Below, piece after piece: positions 9,197 to 22,020 of a DNA stretch of 64,000 nucleotides. The stretch's first letter is position 1; each line of letters opens with the position of its first letter. Source of the stretch: Azolla caroliniana (Eukaryota > Plantae > Polypodiophyta); contig JBHGNT010000007.1 in the NCBI GenBank assembly GCA_043228905.1, forward strand, positions 11,098,001-11,162,000. Reading direction: 5' to 3'. The position numbers and the translations under genes were made by a program. The notes beneath the pieces were generated by a model. That model was given only the letters and a program-made list of their open reading frames with translations, was not told the DNA's origin and did no database searches.

Positions 9197-11648
9197 TCTA
9201 CTATAATGAGTTAACCAAGATATCTAGTACTAGTTATGTATGTAATTGGTCCTTATTATTTTGCTAGCATCATGTGCATAGTTGCTCCCTTGTAGTATTT
9301 ACACTTGGCACATGCATGCATACCTACATGCTCTATTGTAGATTCACATGCGTGCAACAAGTGTGCATGCCATGTAGTATAAATAGAGGAGTTCACCTTG
9401 AAGGAATTCAAGGTGAACAACACCAGTTATGGAGTCTTTCCTTTAGTACTATCTTCTTTCTTGTCCATTTGGTTATCTTCTTGGTTGTCTCTTGAGTTTA
9501 TGATCCGTGACAGATACAGTGTATCGAGTTTGAGTTCGTATTAAATATAGTGTTTTCATCACAATTTGATACAATGTATCGATTTCATGTTTAACGTTTT
9601 TTTTTAAACTTTAAACACGAACTCGATACATTGTATCGAGTTGATGTTAAAAATACCAGTTTTTTCATCACAATTCGATACAATGTAACAAGTTTATGTT
9701 TAAAGTTTTTTTTTGAGGCAACTAAATACTTTGTATCTAGTTGCACAAGGATAACAATGTTTTATACTATTTTAAATGAAAGCAAGATACTTTGTGTTGA
9801 GTTTTTGTAAACACATCTCTCTCGTCATGTGCATGTAGTACTTTTTAAAGAATAACAATATTGTCCAAAACAACTAGACAAGAAGTATCTAGTTGTTGAA
9901 TAAATTCTATATTTTCACAAATAATCTCTATTTTTTTAGTGAATTTCTATTTTTTCCAAGATTTTCTATCAAAAAATCACTTTCTCTCAATGTTTTTACT
10001 ACATTATTTAGTGTTTGTTTTGCATGTTATTTAACAAAAACTCATTAATTTTTGGCATATTTCGCATTTACTAGTCCCTTTTCGGCCTTTAGAGCCCTTT
10101 TCTAAAGTTCTCTCTATTTTTCGATCTTGCCTCTACAAGGTCAACTAAAAATAAGGATGAGCGTACAATCAAGAAAATACGTTTGAAATATCAAGGCTTT
10201 AAAATCTACTCAACATGAGGAAGCCACATATAGTTAGAGAGCAAAGAAATATTGTTCAACAATGTTATATCGAGACAGTGATAGCACGAAACCGAGAGAA
10301 GTTAAAGATATTCATGATTTTCCTACATCATTTCTTGCACATCTTGAAAGAGCTTGGAAAGAAAAGGACCAACGTTTAGTGAAGGCATATGGTGTAGAAG
10401 ATGATGACACTTTTAAGAAATTTAGCCACATACAATAATGTCTATTGTGGTGATGTGGCTGAGATATACACATATTGCCAACAAAGTAATACATATTATT
10501 GATTGCTAACATATCGTATGGTTGGATCAACATACGATGATGAATCATTTAGGTTCAAACAACTTGAGAAGATGGTGAAAGATTTTGCACAATTGACGAT
10601 TGCATCCATAATGGACCAAGGCTACTCTGTAGCATAGGCCTTTAGATTTCATTGCCATGGGATACAAAACCTTGCTTGGTAAGGAATATTTCTCTTACAT
10701 GGAGAATTTTGATTTACCCATCAATAAATTCTAGCTAATATTAATATTTGTCATTTGAAATGTTCTCCAATGAAGGAGATTGGATACTATATTTGTTCTC
10801 CAGCTCAGGTGAATTATTATAACTTTGTTTGTTATGCCTTTAGAAATCAATATAGTTTATGGCTAAATATAACAATCTTCATTTTAAATTGTTAATAGGT
10901 ACTATATATGCATCTACATTGAAGCTATACATGAATATTGTTGAACTAGAAAATGATGATGAGCAAGTGAGTTTCATTAACATGAGGATTAGAGCCAAGT
11001 TAACATTTTCAAGTTATTCCTCCATTAACTGGTGAAGCTAGGGAGCTTATTGATTTTGATGATGAGCTATCAAAGGACCCTACTATTGCTAGCCTCTGTG
11101 GAGAAGATACTACTACACAAAATTTGGAGGAGCATTCTCAAAAGGAAGAAGAAGAGAGTAGTATAGATACCTTGATAACTATGTGATATGTTCGAATGAA
11201 ATATTAATGTTCACATCTAGGTTTGATAGTTTTGACTATTTATGAATATTATCTACACCTTTGGAGTTGTGAATTTATGGATGTTGATGAGTACTAAATT
11301 TATAGATGTTGATGACACTAAGGATTAGAGGGTTACCTCTTATACGTAAAACATTTTCACACTAACAATAGATGTCACTTCCACTTCTAGAACCTACATC
11401 TCCTCAAGATGGTAAAACCATTAATCTTAACTTGTGCTTTGAGTTAACCATTGTGTTTTTCTTTAAGTTAACTACATTTCATATCTGCAAACCTTCAACG
11501 TTTAAACATTTATCGAAAAACTATTCAATTTTAGAAATGATCATTTTGACACTTGTTAAATCTCAAAAAATTAGCAAATTTTATATGCTATTTAAAACAT
11601 GTGATATTGGTGTATCAAGTTTCTAAAAATTGCCTAAAATCGCAAGAT

Positions 11649-14600
11649 TATAAAAGGAATCAACAAGTGGAATGCGCAAACCTTCCACTTGTGAACACGA
11701 ACTTGTTTGTAGATGAAGTTGACAAGGATCATCGTAATTGGGATAGTTTATGAGGAATTGCCAATACCTTGTTGTCTAATATTGTGGAAGAAAATGAAAA
11801 TGCAACAAAAGAATGCATCAATGAGGATGTGCATAATGTGGAAGTTGATGCTAAGGCAATGTTGCAATCTTTTGATGTATTCTAGGATCATGCGGTTATA
11901 TTATTTTTTACCGGGAAACCCCCATATATAAATTGGATTAAAGTTTAAACAATGGTTGACACAATCGTGTCACCAAATTGTGTTGAGGATATATTTGCTG
12001 GACCAAAAGGGTTTTATGATGTAGTATTTCGTTCCCCTGAACAACAAAGTGCATTGTTGGCTAAAGTTCCACTGTTTTTTTATAAATAATTAGCAAAGTG
12101 CATTGTTGGCTAAAGTTCCATTGTTTTTTTATAAATGATTAGTGCATATAATGCAATGTGTTAGGAAATAGGTCCCTCCGGATGGGAAGATCCGGTGAGA
12201 ACCGGATGAGGAGTACCCGGAAACGGAAGACCCGGTGTGAACCAGATGATGAGTGCCCGACAAGCGCCGGATGATGTAGGCCCGGTGAGGAGTGCTCACC
12301 GGATGAAGGGACATATTCGTAAATATGTTTCTGAGAGTCCATCGGGGCTATATTTGTAAATAGCAGAAAAGTCATATTAGTATAAATATGACTTAGGGCA
12401 AACTTAGTGAAGGTGTTGTTGTCATTCTTGTTGGGGAAAAAGATTAGAGCGCAACAGTGTACAGAGAGAGAGAGAGAGAGAGAAAGAAACGAAGAGGTCG
12501 TTGCCTCTGTTGTAACCGCCGCCTGTGGCGAAGATCGTGAGCACGAGGTCGTTGCCTCCATGAGCTCACTGTTGTAATCATTGTGATATAGTGATAGTTT
12601 ACAATCTGTGGGCTGTCGTGGTTTTTCCCGTATTTGGGTTTTCCACGTAAACATCCTGTGTACTCTTCTCTCCATTGTGTCGTGCATTCATTCCCCGTTT
12701 TTCTGTGTTTTATGATTCTAAGCTCGGTTGTGGCCGAGCATTGTTCACCGAGAGCGCGTAGTTCTTGTCAAACTGGTATCAGAGCAAAATGACATAGAAA
12801 ATGGACGAATTGTTGGGAGGCATGTTCAAGCTCACCGGCTCCAACTATTCCGTGTGGAAGTCGAAGATGAGGTACATGCTCGTGGTTAAAGATCTTTGGT
12901 TGCCGATTCAGTTCGGGGACAAGAGACCGGACAAAATCGACGCCACGATATGGGAGGTGATGCACATGAAGACAACGACGTACATACGGTGCTTCATCGA
13001 CATGAGCCTATACAACAACTTCAATGAAGAGAGCAAGGCTCATGAGCTCTGGGACAAGATCGGCATTATGTTTCAAAACAAAAATGTTGTTAACCAGGTT
13101 TCGGTATTCCGGAAGCTAGTAAGACTCCGGTACCAAGATGGCTCCAACATGGCGGAGCACATGAATGCCTTCCAGGGGCTGATACACCAGGCAACATCAT
13201 TGGAAGTACCTCTCGCCGATGAGGTACTAGCGCTACTCCTGCTCGGTTCCCTCCTGGATAACTGGGAGACGTTGGTTGTCACTTTGGGCAACGCCGGGCC
13301 AGAAAGGAAACGGTTATCCCTAGCAAGAGTGAAGTTGAGCTTGCTAGATGAGGAGGCGCATCGGAAAGATAAGGATACGAGCTCCGACTCCAAAGTGTTC
13401 CTTACCGAATCAGAACGCGGAAGACAAAGGAACCATAGCCCCCAAAACCGGGAAAAGTCGGGGACACGGTCAAAGTCAAGGGGGAGGCCTACTTGCTTGT
13501 ATTGCTGCAAGCCGGGACACTTCCAGAAGAACTGTCGGCATTTCCGAAAAGACAAGGAAACCGACGGTACCGATTCGAAGCGGACACCGGACCGGAACGG
13601 TAAAGACCGGAGGGGTCTGGACCGAAAGGGAATGACGGCAATCGTGGCAAGTGAAGAAGAGTTGATGCTCATCACAGAGGAGAGTGAGCTAAACCTTGCC
13701 GGCGACGAGATGACCTGGGTGGTCAACTCCGGAGCGTCGTTCCACCTTACACCGGACCGGAAATGCTTCTCATCCTACTCAGCCGGTGATCACGGCTGTG
13801 TCCGGATGGGGAATGAAGGTACATGCCGAATTGTCGGCATAGGAGACGTGTGGTTGACAACACCAACCGGATGCAAGCTGTTGCTGAAGGATGTCTGACA
13901 CGTTCCGAAGGTTCGTCTGAACCTGATATCAGCCGGTCGGCTAGATGATGAAGGCTACACGGGTAGCATCCGGAACGGTGTTATGAAGTTTAGCAAAGGG
14001 AGCCTGATTGTGGCTCGGGTCCGGAAGGTCAACACCCTGTACCTGATGAATGCCCGGTTATGTCCGGAGGAAGTGAACGTGGCATCCGACACTATCGGTG
14101 AGTTGTGGCACAAGAGGCTGTGTCACATGAGCGAGAAGGGGATGAAGAGGCTTGCAGACGATAACCTCATTCCAGTGAAGAATGTGCACTTGGAGAAGTG
14201 CATTGATTGTCTAGCCGGTAAATAAAACCGGACCTCCTTCCGATCGAGGCCACCGATGAGACGTAATGCACCACTGGAGTTGGTGCATACTGATGTATGT
14301 CAAGTGGACACGAAGTCACGTGCCGGATCGCAGTACTTCGTGGCGTTCATAGATGACCACAGCCGGAAGCTGTGGGCCACACCATTGAAGACGAAGGATC
14401 AGGTGTTATCCGTCTTCAAAGAGCTCCACGCGAGAGTGGAAAGAGAAACCGGTCGGAAGCTGAAGGCGGTTCGAGTAGATAACGGAGGTGAATACCGGGG
14501 GCAGTTCGAGGAGTACTGTCGCTCGAAGGGAATCCGGCTTGAATTTACCGTGCCGAAGACGCTGGAACTAAACGGTTTGGCCGAGAGGGTGAACCGGACC

Positions 14601-17157
14601 ATAATGGAGAGGGTCCGGAGTATGCTAGCGCATGCAAAACTACCCAAGAAGTTTTGGGCTGAGGCACTGTCGACGGCGACATATGTGATAAATAGATCAC
14701 CCTTAGTACCCTTGGACAGAGACACGCCACAGAGAGTCTGGACCGGTAAGGAAATGTCCTACCGGCATCTGAAGGTATTCAGGTGTCTTGCGTATGTGCA
14801 TGTAGCTAAGGACCGGAGAGGAAAACTAGATCCGAAGACCCGGCCATGCATATTCCTCGGTTACGGCGACGATGAGATCGGCTACCGAGTGTGGGACCTG
14901 GTCGACAAGAAGGTATTCCGGAGTCGAGATATTATCTTCATGGAGGACAAGTCGCTCGCCACCTGGGAGTCGGAGAAGAAGATAATGAACTCCGAGTCGA
15001 CCGATAAGGATCGATTGTACGATGAGCAGACCCAACCAACAAGAGACCGGTTAGCACTCGAGGAACCAGCCGATTACAGTGAGGATACCGAGCCGGCAGA
15101 AGAAGAAGTAGAGGAAGCTGAAACCGGAGCCGGCCAAGACCCCGAATCGGATTCGGATGAAGAGGAAATGGAGGAGCCGGTTACCAAAGCCCAAAGACGG
15201 AGATATCCTCTCAGAGAGAGAAGGACCCCCCGGAGATTTTCGGATGTTGAGCATGTGTTGCTAACCGATGAGGGGGAGCCAGAAAGCTTCGAAGAAGCGA
15301 AGGATGAAACCCACAGTCGAAAATGGTTAAGTGCCATGTAGGATGAGATGGATTCTCTGCATGAGAACCATACGTACGAATTGGTGGAATTGCCGAAAGG
15401 AAAGCGGGCACTCCGAAACAAGTGGGTGTACAAGTTGAAACCGGGAGATGCTGGCAACCCCCTGAGATACAAAGCCAGGATCGTGGTGAAGGGGTTCCAG
15501 CAGAAGAAGGGCGTGGACTTCGACGAGATATTTGCCCCGGTAGTAAAGATGACCTCCATCCGGACGGTGTTAAGTATAGCGACAAGATGGACCTCGAGGT
15601 AGAGCAGCTGGACGTGAAGACGACATTCCTTCATGGTGACCTCGAAGAGGAGATCTACATGCAGCAACCGAAAGGATTCATGGAGAAAGGGAAGGAGCAA
15701 CTGGTTTGCCGGTTGAAGAAGAGCTTGTACGGACTGAAGCAGGCTCCCCGACAATGGTACCGGAAGTTCAACTCCTTCATGACCGATCAAGGGTACCACA
15801 AGACGCAGGACGATCATTGTGTGTTTGTGAAGAAGTTCGAAGGAGGCAACTTCCTGATACTCCTTCTGTACGTGGACGACATGTTGATCGTCGGACGGGA
15901 CCAAGCCAAAATACGAATGTTGAAGAAGGCTCTCAACCGGACCTTCTCAATGAAAGACTTGGGTCCGGCATGACAAATGTTGGGGATGCATATTATCCAG
16001 AACCGGTCAGTGAAGCAATTGTGGCTGTCACAAGAGAAGTACGTGACAAAGGTGCTTCAGCGGTTCAACATGTTAGATGCGAAACCGGTCAGATCGACAC
16101 TTCCGGCAAACTGCAGGTTATCCGGTAAGAAAAGCCCGAAGACGAAAGCAGAGAAGGCTGATATGATGAAGGTTCCATATGCCTCTACCGTCAGGAGTTT
16201 AATGTACGCATTGGTGTGTACCCGACCGGATATAGGATACACAGTAGGGGTGGTGAGCCGGTTTATGAGCAATCCCGACAAGGAGCACTGGAACGCGGTC
16301 AAATGGATACTCCGGTACTTGAAGGGCACTTCAAATATGTGTCTCCGATTCGGCTCCGGTAAACCTCAACTTGACGGTTTTACCGATTCGGACATGTCGG
16401 CTGATGTGGATACCAGCCGGTCTACATCCGAGTATGTAATGACATAAGTAGGGGGAGCTGTTTCGTGGCAGTCGAGGCTGCAGAAGACGGTTGCGTTGTC
16501 AATCACGGAGGCGGAGTACATGGCGGCTGTGGAAGCCGGCAAGGAAATATTATGAATGAAGGACTTCATCGGAGAGCTCGGTATCCGGCAAGATGAATAC
16601 CGGCTCTATTGCGACAGTCAAAGTGCCATCCACCTTGCTAAGAATGCGGCCTACCATTCCCAGATGAAGCATATCCAGCGAAGGTATCATTGGATCCGGG
16701 AAAGAGTAGATGACCAGGAGTTCGTGCTGACGAAGATCCACACGACCGAGAACGGGTCAGATATGCTGACCAAAGTACTGATACCCGACAAGATGGAAGC
16801 ATGCCGGAAGCGAATCGGACTAGTAAGACATCCCATGCCGGAGTGAAGGGGGAGTTTGTTAGGAAACAGGTCCCTCCGGATGGGAAGACCCGATGAGAAC
16901 TGGATGAGGAGTACCCGGAAACGGAAGACCCGGTGTGAACCAGATTATGAGTGCCCGGCAAGCGCCGGATGATGCAAGCCCGGTGAGGAGTGCTCACCGG
17001 ATGAAGGGACATATTCGTAAATATGTTTCTGAGAGTCCATCGGGGCTATATTTGTAAATAGCCGAAAAGTCATATTAGTATAAATATGACTTAGGGCAAA
17101 CTTAGTGAAGGTGTTGTTGTCATTCTTGTTGGCGAAAAAGATTAGAGCGCAACAGTG

Positions 17158-17207
<50 letters not shown>

Positions 17208-18290
17208 AACGAAGAGGTCGTTGCCTCTGTTGTAACTGCCGCCTGTGGCGAAGATCGTGAGCACGAGGTCGTTGCCTCCATGAGCTCACTGTTGTAATCA
17301 TTGTGATATAGTGATAGTTTACAGTCTGTGGGCTGCCGTGGTTTTTCCCGTATTTGGGTTTTCCACGTAAACATCCTATGTACTCTTCTCTCCATTGTGT
17401 TGTGCATTCATTCCCCGTTTTTTTGTGTTTTATGATTCTAAGCTCAGTTGTGGCTAAGAGTTGTTCATCGAGAGCGCGTAGTTCTTGTCACAATGGTCCC
17501 TCGTAGTGGACTATCATGCTTTGCTGAAAGAAGAATGCCCCATTTGAGTAATAGTAGATTGTAAGCATGCGTTTTTATGGCCACTTTTACCAATGTTGAC
17601 GAGTCAAATGGGTAAAGTGTTGGTATGTCCACATGCAAATGCTACAAATAAGTGTAGATTTTGTGTGTTATGGGGTACAAGTTGTAAGAGGCCAGGGTGG
17701 GTGCGTATGAACACACATGGTATGAAAATACTTTGTTTTAAATTGAAGTGGGAGACATTTGCAGCTCATTGTTTTGGATGTGGTGACTGGGATCACTTTA
17801 TCCAGTAGAATGCCAACATCGTTGTCCTTATAAAGAGGTCTCACTTCAAGGTTTGGGCCCTATGAATAAGGGAACTCAATCTATGGATATGGAAAAACAA
17901 AGTTTAGTGGTTATAAATAAGAGGAAAAAATTGTTGGATAGAACTAGTAGTGATGTTGTTGTTGATAAAGATTGGCCAACATTAGGTTAAGGGCAAGTCG
18001 AAGGGGAAATCAATGAATATGCAATGTAATAGTTTTCCCACTACTCGTGAGAGTAGTTGGCAAGGTAATTCAGGAACTAGGGAGGGTCCTCGAAAAGTTC
18101 CTTGGCAACGACAATTTAGAGATAAGGGCTTACCCCTTCACCTTCAATTTGATTCATTGGGACGGGTTGTAAATTCATCAAATTCTTGAGGTTTTCGTCA
18201 AGCAGGAGGAACTAAACAAAAGATTTCGATAGACAACCCTAAGGATGTGGTGCATGAAAATCCATATGCAACATTGGAATAGGCTTTGAC
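11649..18290 (+). pseudogene. LINE ORF1 relic (DUF4283-like region plus zinc knuckle), interrupted by copia 12159-17490
   Basis: FFTGKPPYINWIK, GPKGFYDVVFRSPEQQSALL, VHIMQW|SLVVDY across the copia TSD, LTSQMGKVL, and CFGCGDWDHF. Confidence 0.75.
12159..17490 (+). mobile_element. Full-length Ty1/copia ('family A'), inactivated
   Basis: LTRs at 12159-12770 and 16857-17490, TSD CAATG, PBS tggtatcagagc (tRNA-iMet) at 12774, PPT gaagggggag. gag-PR-INT-RT(YVDD)-RH spans 12801-16846 with several stops and a frameshift near 15585. Confidence 0.97.
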
Positions 18291-19619
18291 TAGTCTCATG
18301 ACATCGGTTTCTCTAAAGGAGCAAGTGCACCCATAACATTGTTGATGGAATGTGAGAGGGGCATGTTCCCCTCATAAGAAGTATATATTATGGGAAACTT
18401 TGTTAAGTAAAGAATGGGATGTATTATGTGCAGTTGAGCATAAGTGTCATGAGTTAGCAGGATCCACAGTTCATTTGTGTGGATATTCATCATTCTATGC
18501 AAGACATCTTAATAATCATTGTGGGTCAAAGCAAGCTACGGTATACCAACTTTTAGCCAAAAATTTAGTACTAAATCGAGGAAGAAAATAAACATAAAAA
18601 ATTGAAAATAAAACAATTAGTGCAAAAAATAGTGGATTATCATCCATTGAATGAGGTTCAAATTCAAATAACAAATTCAATACGAATGTACAAAGATATT
18701 ATACATCACAATCGAAGTGTCCCAAGGCTATATTTAATACATTAACTATAACTTCATTCTCCTAGGTAGAGTTGTACGAAAGCAGACCTGGAGAAGGTTT
18801 CGAATGTGTCAGTTGGTCAGTCTCAATCTCTCTCTCTCTCTCTCTCTAGTATGGGTAGTCGAACGTGTTAGTTGGTCGGTCTCTCTCTCTCTCTCTCTCT
18901 TCTGTCTCAAAGTTGTCAGTCAGATAGTGGCAGAAAGTTAGAAATCAAACACATATCTATTACCTATCTCTCTCTTGCTCTCTTGCTCTCTCTCACTCCA
19001 CCTTTGATTCTCTGTTTCCCTGCACAATTCTTGTTGTGTTCCCTCTGTGCCTAATTTTTGTTGTTATTTCCCAACGATCTCTGAACTCTGTATATGCAGA
19101 GATTGTTGTTTCCCCTCTATGCTCGTTGTTCTTGTTGTTGATGTGCTTTCTCTGTGTATGCTCGTTTGTCTCCTCTACAACAGCCTCGTCAACAACCTCT
19201 TGCATATAGGTGATTTTCTCGGCTTGGTGTGCTCCCAGGGTGAAGAAATCAACATGGTGTGGTACCTCTTCCTTGACCTTGGCTCCATCTGCCTTCGACC
19301 CATCGTTCCATCTGCAACTTGTATGACCTCCAGGTATTCTCTGTGTTGCTTTTTTAGGGTTTGATTATTCATATTCTATGTGTTGCATGCCCAACTGGTA
19401 TGTTTTCATTTTCTTTGTGTTGCCTGCCCGTCTGTTTTTATTTTGTGTGTTTGATATGGATGAGTTTTTTTCCGACTGTTTAGGGTTTTTGTGTGTTTGA
19501 CATGGCTTGTACATGCAACTTAGATTGAGTTGGCTATGATGATTTGCTGGTTGTTGATGGTATTTTGATGAGTTTTCTTCTTGTACATGCATATTCTTTC
19601 AACAAGAATAGTGAAGAGT

Positions 19620-20936
19620 AGGACAATGACGAGAAGGACACCCATAAAGAAGACATTGGTGAATGAGAAAGTGAAGACACCAATGAAGGAAATAAAAAGG
19701 ACACCTATCAAAGAAAGCAAGAAGACACCCACAAAGAGAAAGGGTGATGAACTCATCAACTCAGAGAAAGAAGATGTGTCACTCCATCATTTGAGACACA
19801 CCTCTCGGATGGCGTTATTTCCTTCGAGCACAACCTGAAGTTTATGAAGAGCTGAGAGAGTGGTTGATAAAAACCTGGGGGCCACCACATCCCGATACAA
19901 GGCGAGGATTCCACATAAGTGGATTGAAGAAGGAATATGTGAACTTATTGAAGACGAGATATGAACATGTTTATGATACTAATCAAATCTGTAACAATGA
20001 GGTGGGTACTGTTTTTGCACGTGCATTTGCATGTGAAGTTTTCAGGGTGGCATCAACGTAGATTGGGAAGATTTTAATCGTCACCGATCAGAACATTATA
20101 AAGGGTCCTCCAGTACCAACACTGGCTTGAAGTCATCGGAAACCTCTCATGTGGATATTCCGGCTACAACACTTGTCCACCAAGTTCAATCTGCAAAGCT
20201 ACATGCCACAATGACTGAAAAGCATGAATAGATGATGGCCGGTTGCATAGCTTCTATGAGCTCAAGAATACAAGCACTACTTGCTGATTTGGAAGGAGTT
20301 AAATCAGTTGAGATACAGGCAGAAAAGCAATTCTCTTCAATAAAGACTACATATGAATGAATTGCATCGATAATCCAAAATTCAGAAAGTGAGGTATTGA
20401 AAGAGGAGTTGAAGAAAGAGCTGAACAATATGGGCACTCAATTAGGATCACAGATGAGAGACCTTGATACTTGCAGAATTGCACACTACTAACTAGATAA
20501 TAAGTTGTCAGTTTTAAAGTTGCATTCCAAGAACCTTGCGTGCTTGATGCAAGATTTAAAACGAAAAGGTTTTGAAACATTGTGTCCATCTGTAATTGAG
20601 CACCCAAGTGGTATGGAAAGTGCCATTACTAGTATAGCTATATCACGGTATTGGTGTTAAAAGTTATTTATTTCTACTTCTGTGGTATAAATATCATATT
20701 AGCTAATATATTATAACTTGTGTTTGCAATTTGCCAGGTGTATATTTTATGGCCTCGGATTCAAGCTTGAGGCTATGGATGTTGTGATTACACCGTGCTT
20801 GCACACATATCATTTGCTATGTGCTAAGTATCATTTCGAGAAAGAAAATACATTTATGGACTGTAAAGCTACAGTTGCTGCTGAATGGTACTATGCTTGG
20901 GGTTTAAAAGTACACCCGTACGGTATGTGGCTCTAG
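19620..20936 (+). pseudogene. Decayed accessory gene in the transposon: basic TPxK repeats, helical domain, RING-H2-like finger
   Basis: RTPIKK/KTPMKE/RTPIKE repeats, YEHVYDTNQICNNEVGTVFARAF, and an exon after ccag| reading CIFY...PCLHTYHLLC...DC...EWYYAWG. Confidence 0.55.
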
Positions 20937-21029
20937 TATTCTATTCTTTGTATTATATGATGTCAATTTACATTTGGATTAGAACTAGTGTATGCCACAA
21001 TTCATACTTCAAATTTAGGAAAACAATGG

Positions 21030-22020
21030 ATTAGTACTAGTGTAGCTCCAACAACTAATATGTGGAACCCTATTTATGTGGGTTAGTATTGGTAGTACTC
21101 TTAATATATAATTGGTATGGGTAGTTGAACGGATATTTTCCAGAATTAGTACTATTTGAGTAATTTGGGAACCAGGTGTGACATTGTTCGGTATTGGTAC
21201 TAGTTATGTAATTTGAGCACAAGGTATGTAGTACACTATGAACGATTAGTACTAAACGTGTAATTTGGGAATTAGGAGTGTAGAACACATATCATGATTA
21301 GTACTACTTGTATGCAAAATACCACTTTAGTACTAAAGAAGGAAGTTGTTTAGATGTATTTGTTGGATAAGTTGTTCGTCCAATTTATATTACAACTTGC
21401 CTAGTACTAGTTTAGTACACACTATACTTGTAGTACATTGTTGACTATTAGTACTATTTGTGTAATTTGGGAATTAGTTGTGTAGTACATTGTTCGTGAT
21501 TAGTACTAGTTATGTAATTTGGGAACAAGGTGTATAGTAAATTGCTGAAGATTAGTACAGTTTGTGTAATTTGGAAATGAGGTGTGTCAAACACATATCA
21601 CGTTTAGTACTAATACTGTTGAAGATTAATATTGTTGGTGTAATTAGTACTAGTTATGTAATTAGGTGTGTAGAACACATATCACGTTTAGTATTACTTG
21701 TGTGCAAAATACCATGTTAGTTCTAAAGTCCAATCTACATTTGTTGGATTAGATGTTAGTCCAATCTATATTACAACGTGCCTAGTATTAGTGTTAGTAC
21801 ACACTATACTTGTAGTACATTGTTGACGATTAATACTAGTTGTGTAATTGGGACCTGAGTAGTACATTGTTGACGATTAGTACTAGTTGTGTAATATGGG
21901 AACTAAGTGAGTAGTACATTGTTCATGATTAGTACTAGTTGTGCAATTTGGGAACTAAGTGAGTAATACATTGTTCACGATTAGTACTAGATGTGTAATA
22001 TGGAAACTAGGTGGAGCCTA
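21030..22020. repeat. Degenerate tandem repeats rich in TAGTACTAG / TGTAATTTGGGAA
   Basis: Repeated units such as agtacattgttcacgattagtactagttgtgtaatttgggaac. Confidence 0.85.

Larger units (their letters stand above)
7001..9512 (+). mobile_element. Young non-autonomous chromodomain Ty3/gypsy (Tcn1/Tf1-sushi-like) with internal inversion
   Basis: 353-bp TG..CA LTRs at 7001-7353 and 9160-9512 appear identical. 5-bp TSD GATAC. PPT aagagggggga precedes the 3' LTR. Integrase C-terminus (HDVFHVSLL) and chromodomain (EYEVDQILDSR...YLVLWRGY...TWEP) are on +. Confidence 0.93.
6535..9800. repeat. Array of palindromes AACTCGATACA-N-TGTATCGAGTT (6535-7000 and 9513-9800), split by an LTR insertion
   Basis: More than 10 variant copies, flanked by tttcatcac/gtgatgaaaa and catga motifs in alternating orientation. 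Confidence 0.9.
4564..11648. mobile_element. About 7-kb non-autonomous DNA transposon with long imperfect TIRs (superfamily uncertain, Mutator-like)
   Basis: The left end gattttggggc...acacc..atatcacatgtt (after removing the internal MITE) matches the reverse complement of 11595-11645. Excision at the flanking tat/tat restores LINE ORF1 (KE-Y-KRN). Contains decayed exon-like sequence at 10130-11180. Confidence 0.55.

Noticed and set aside
12046-12142. About 49-bp direct duplication next to the copia insertion
   Set aside because: An ordinary local tandem duplication in dead LINE ORF1, separate from the 5-bp TSD.
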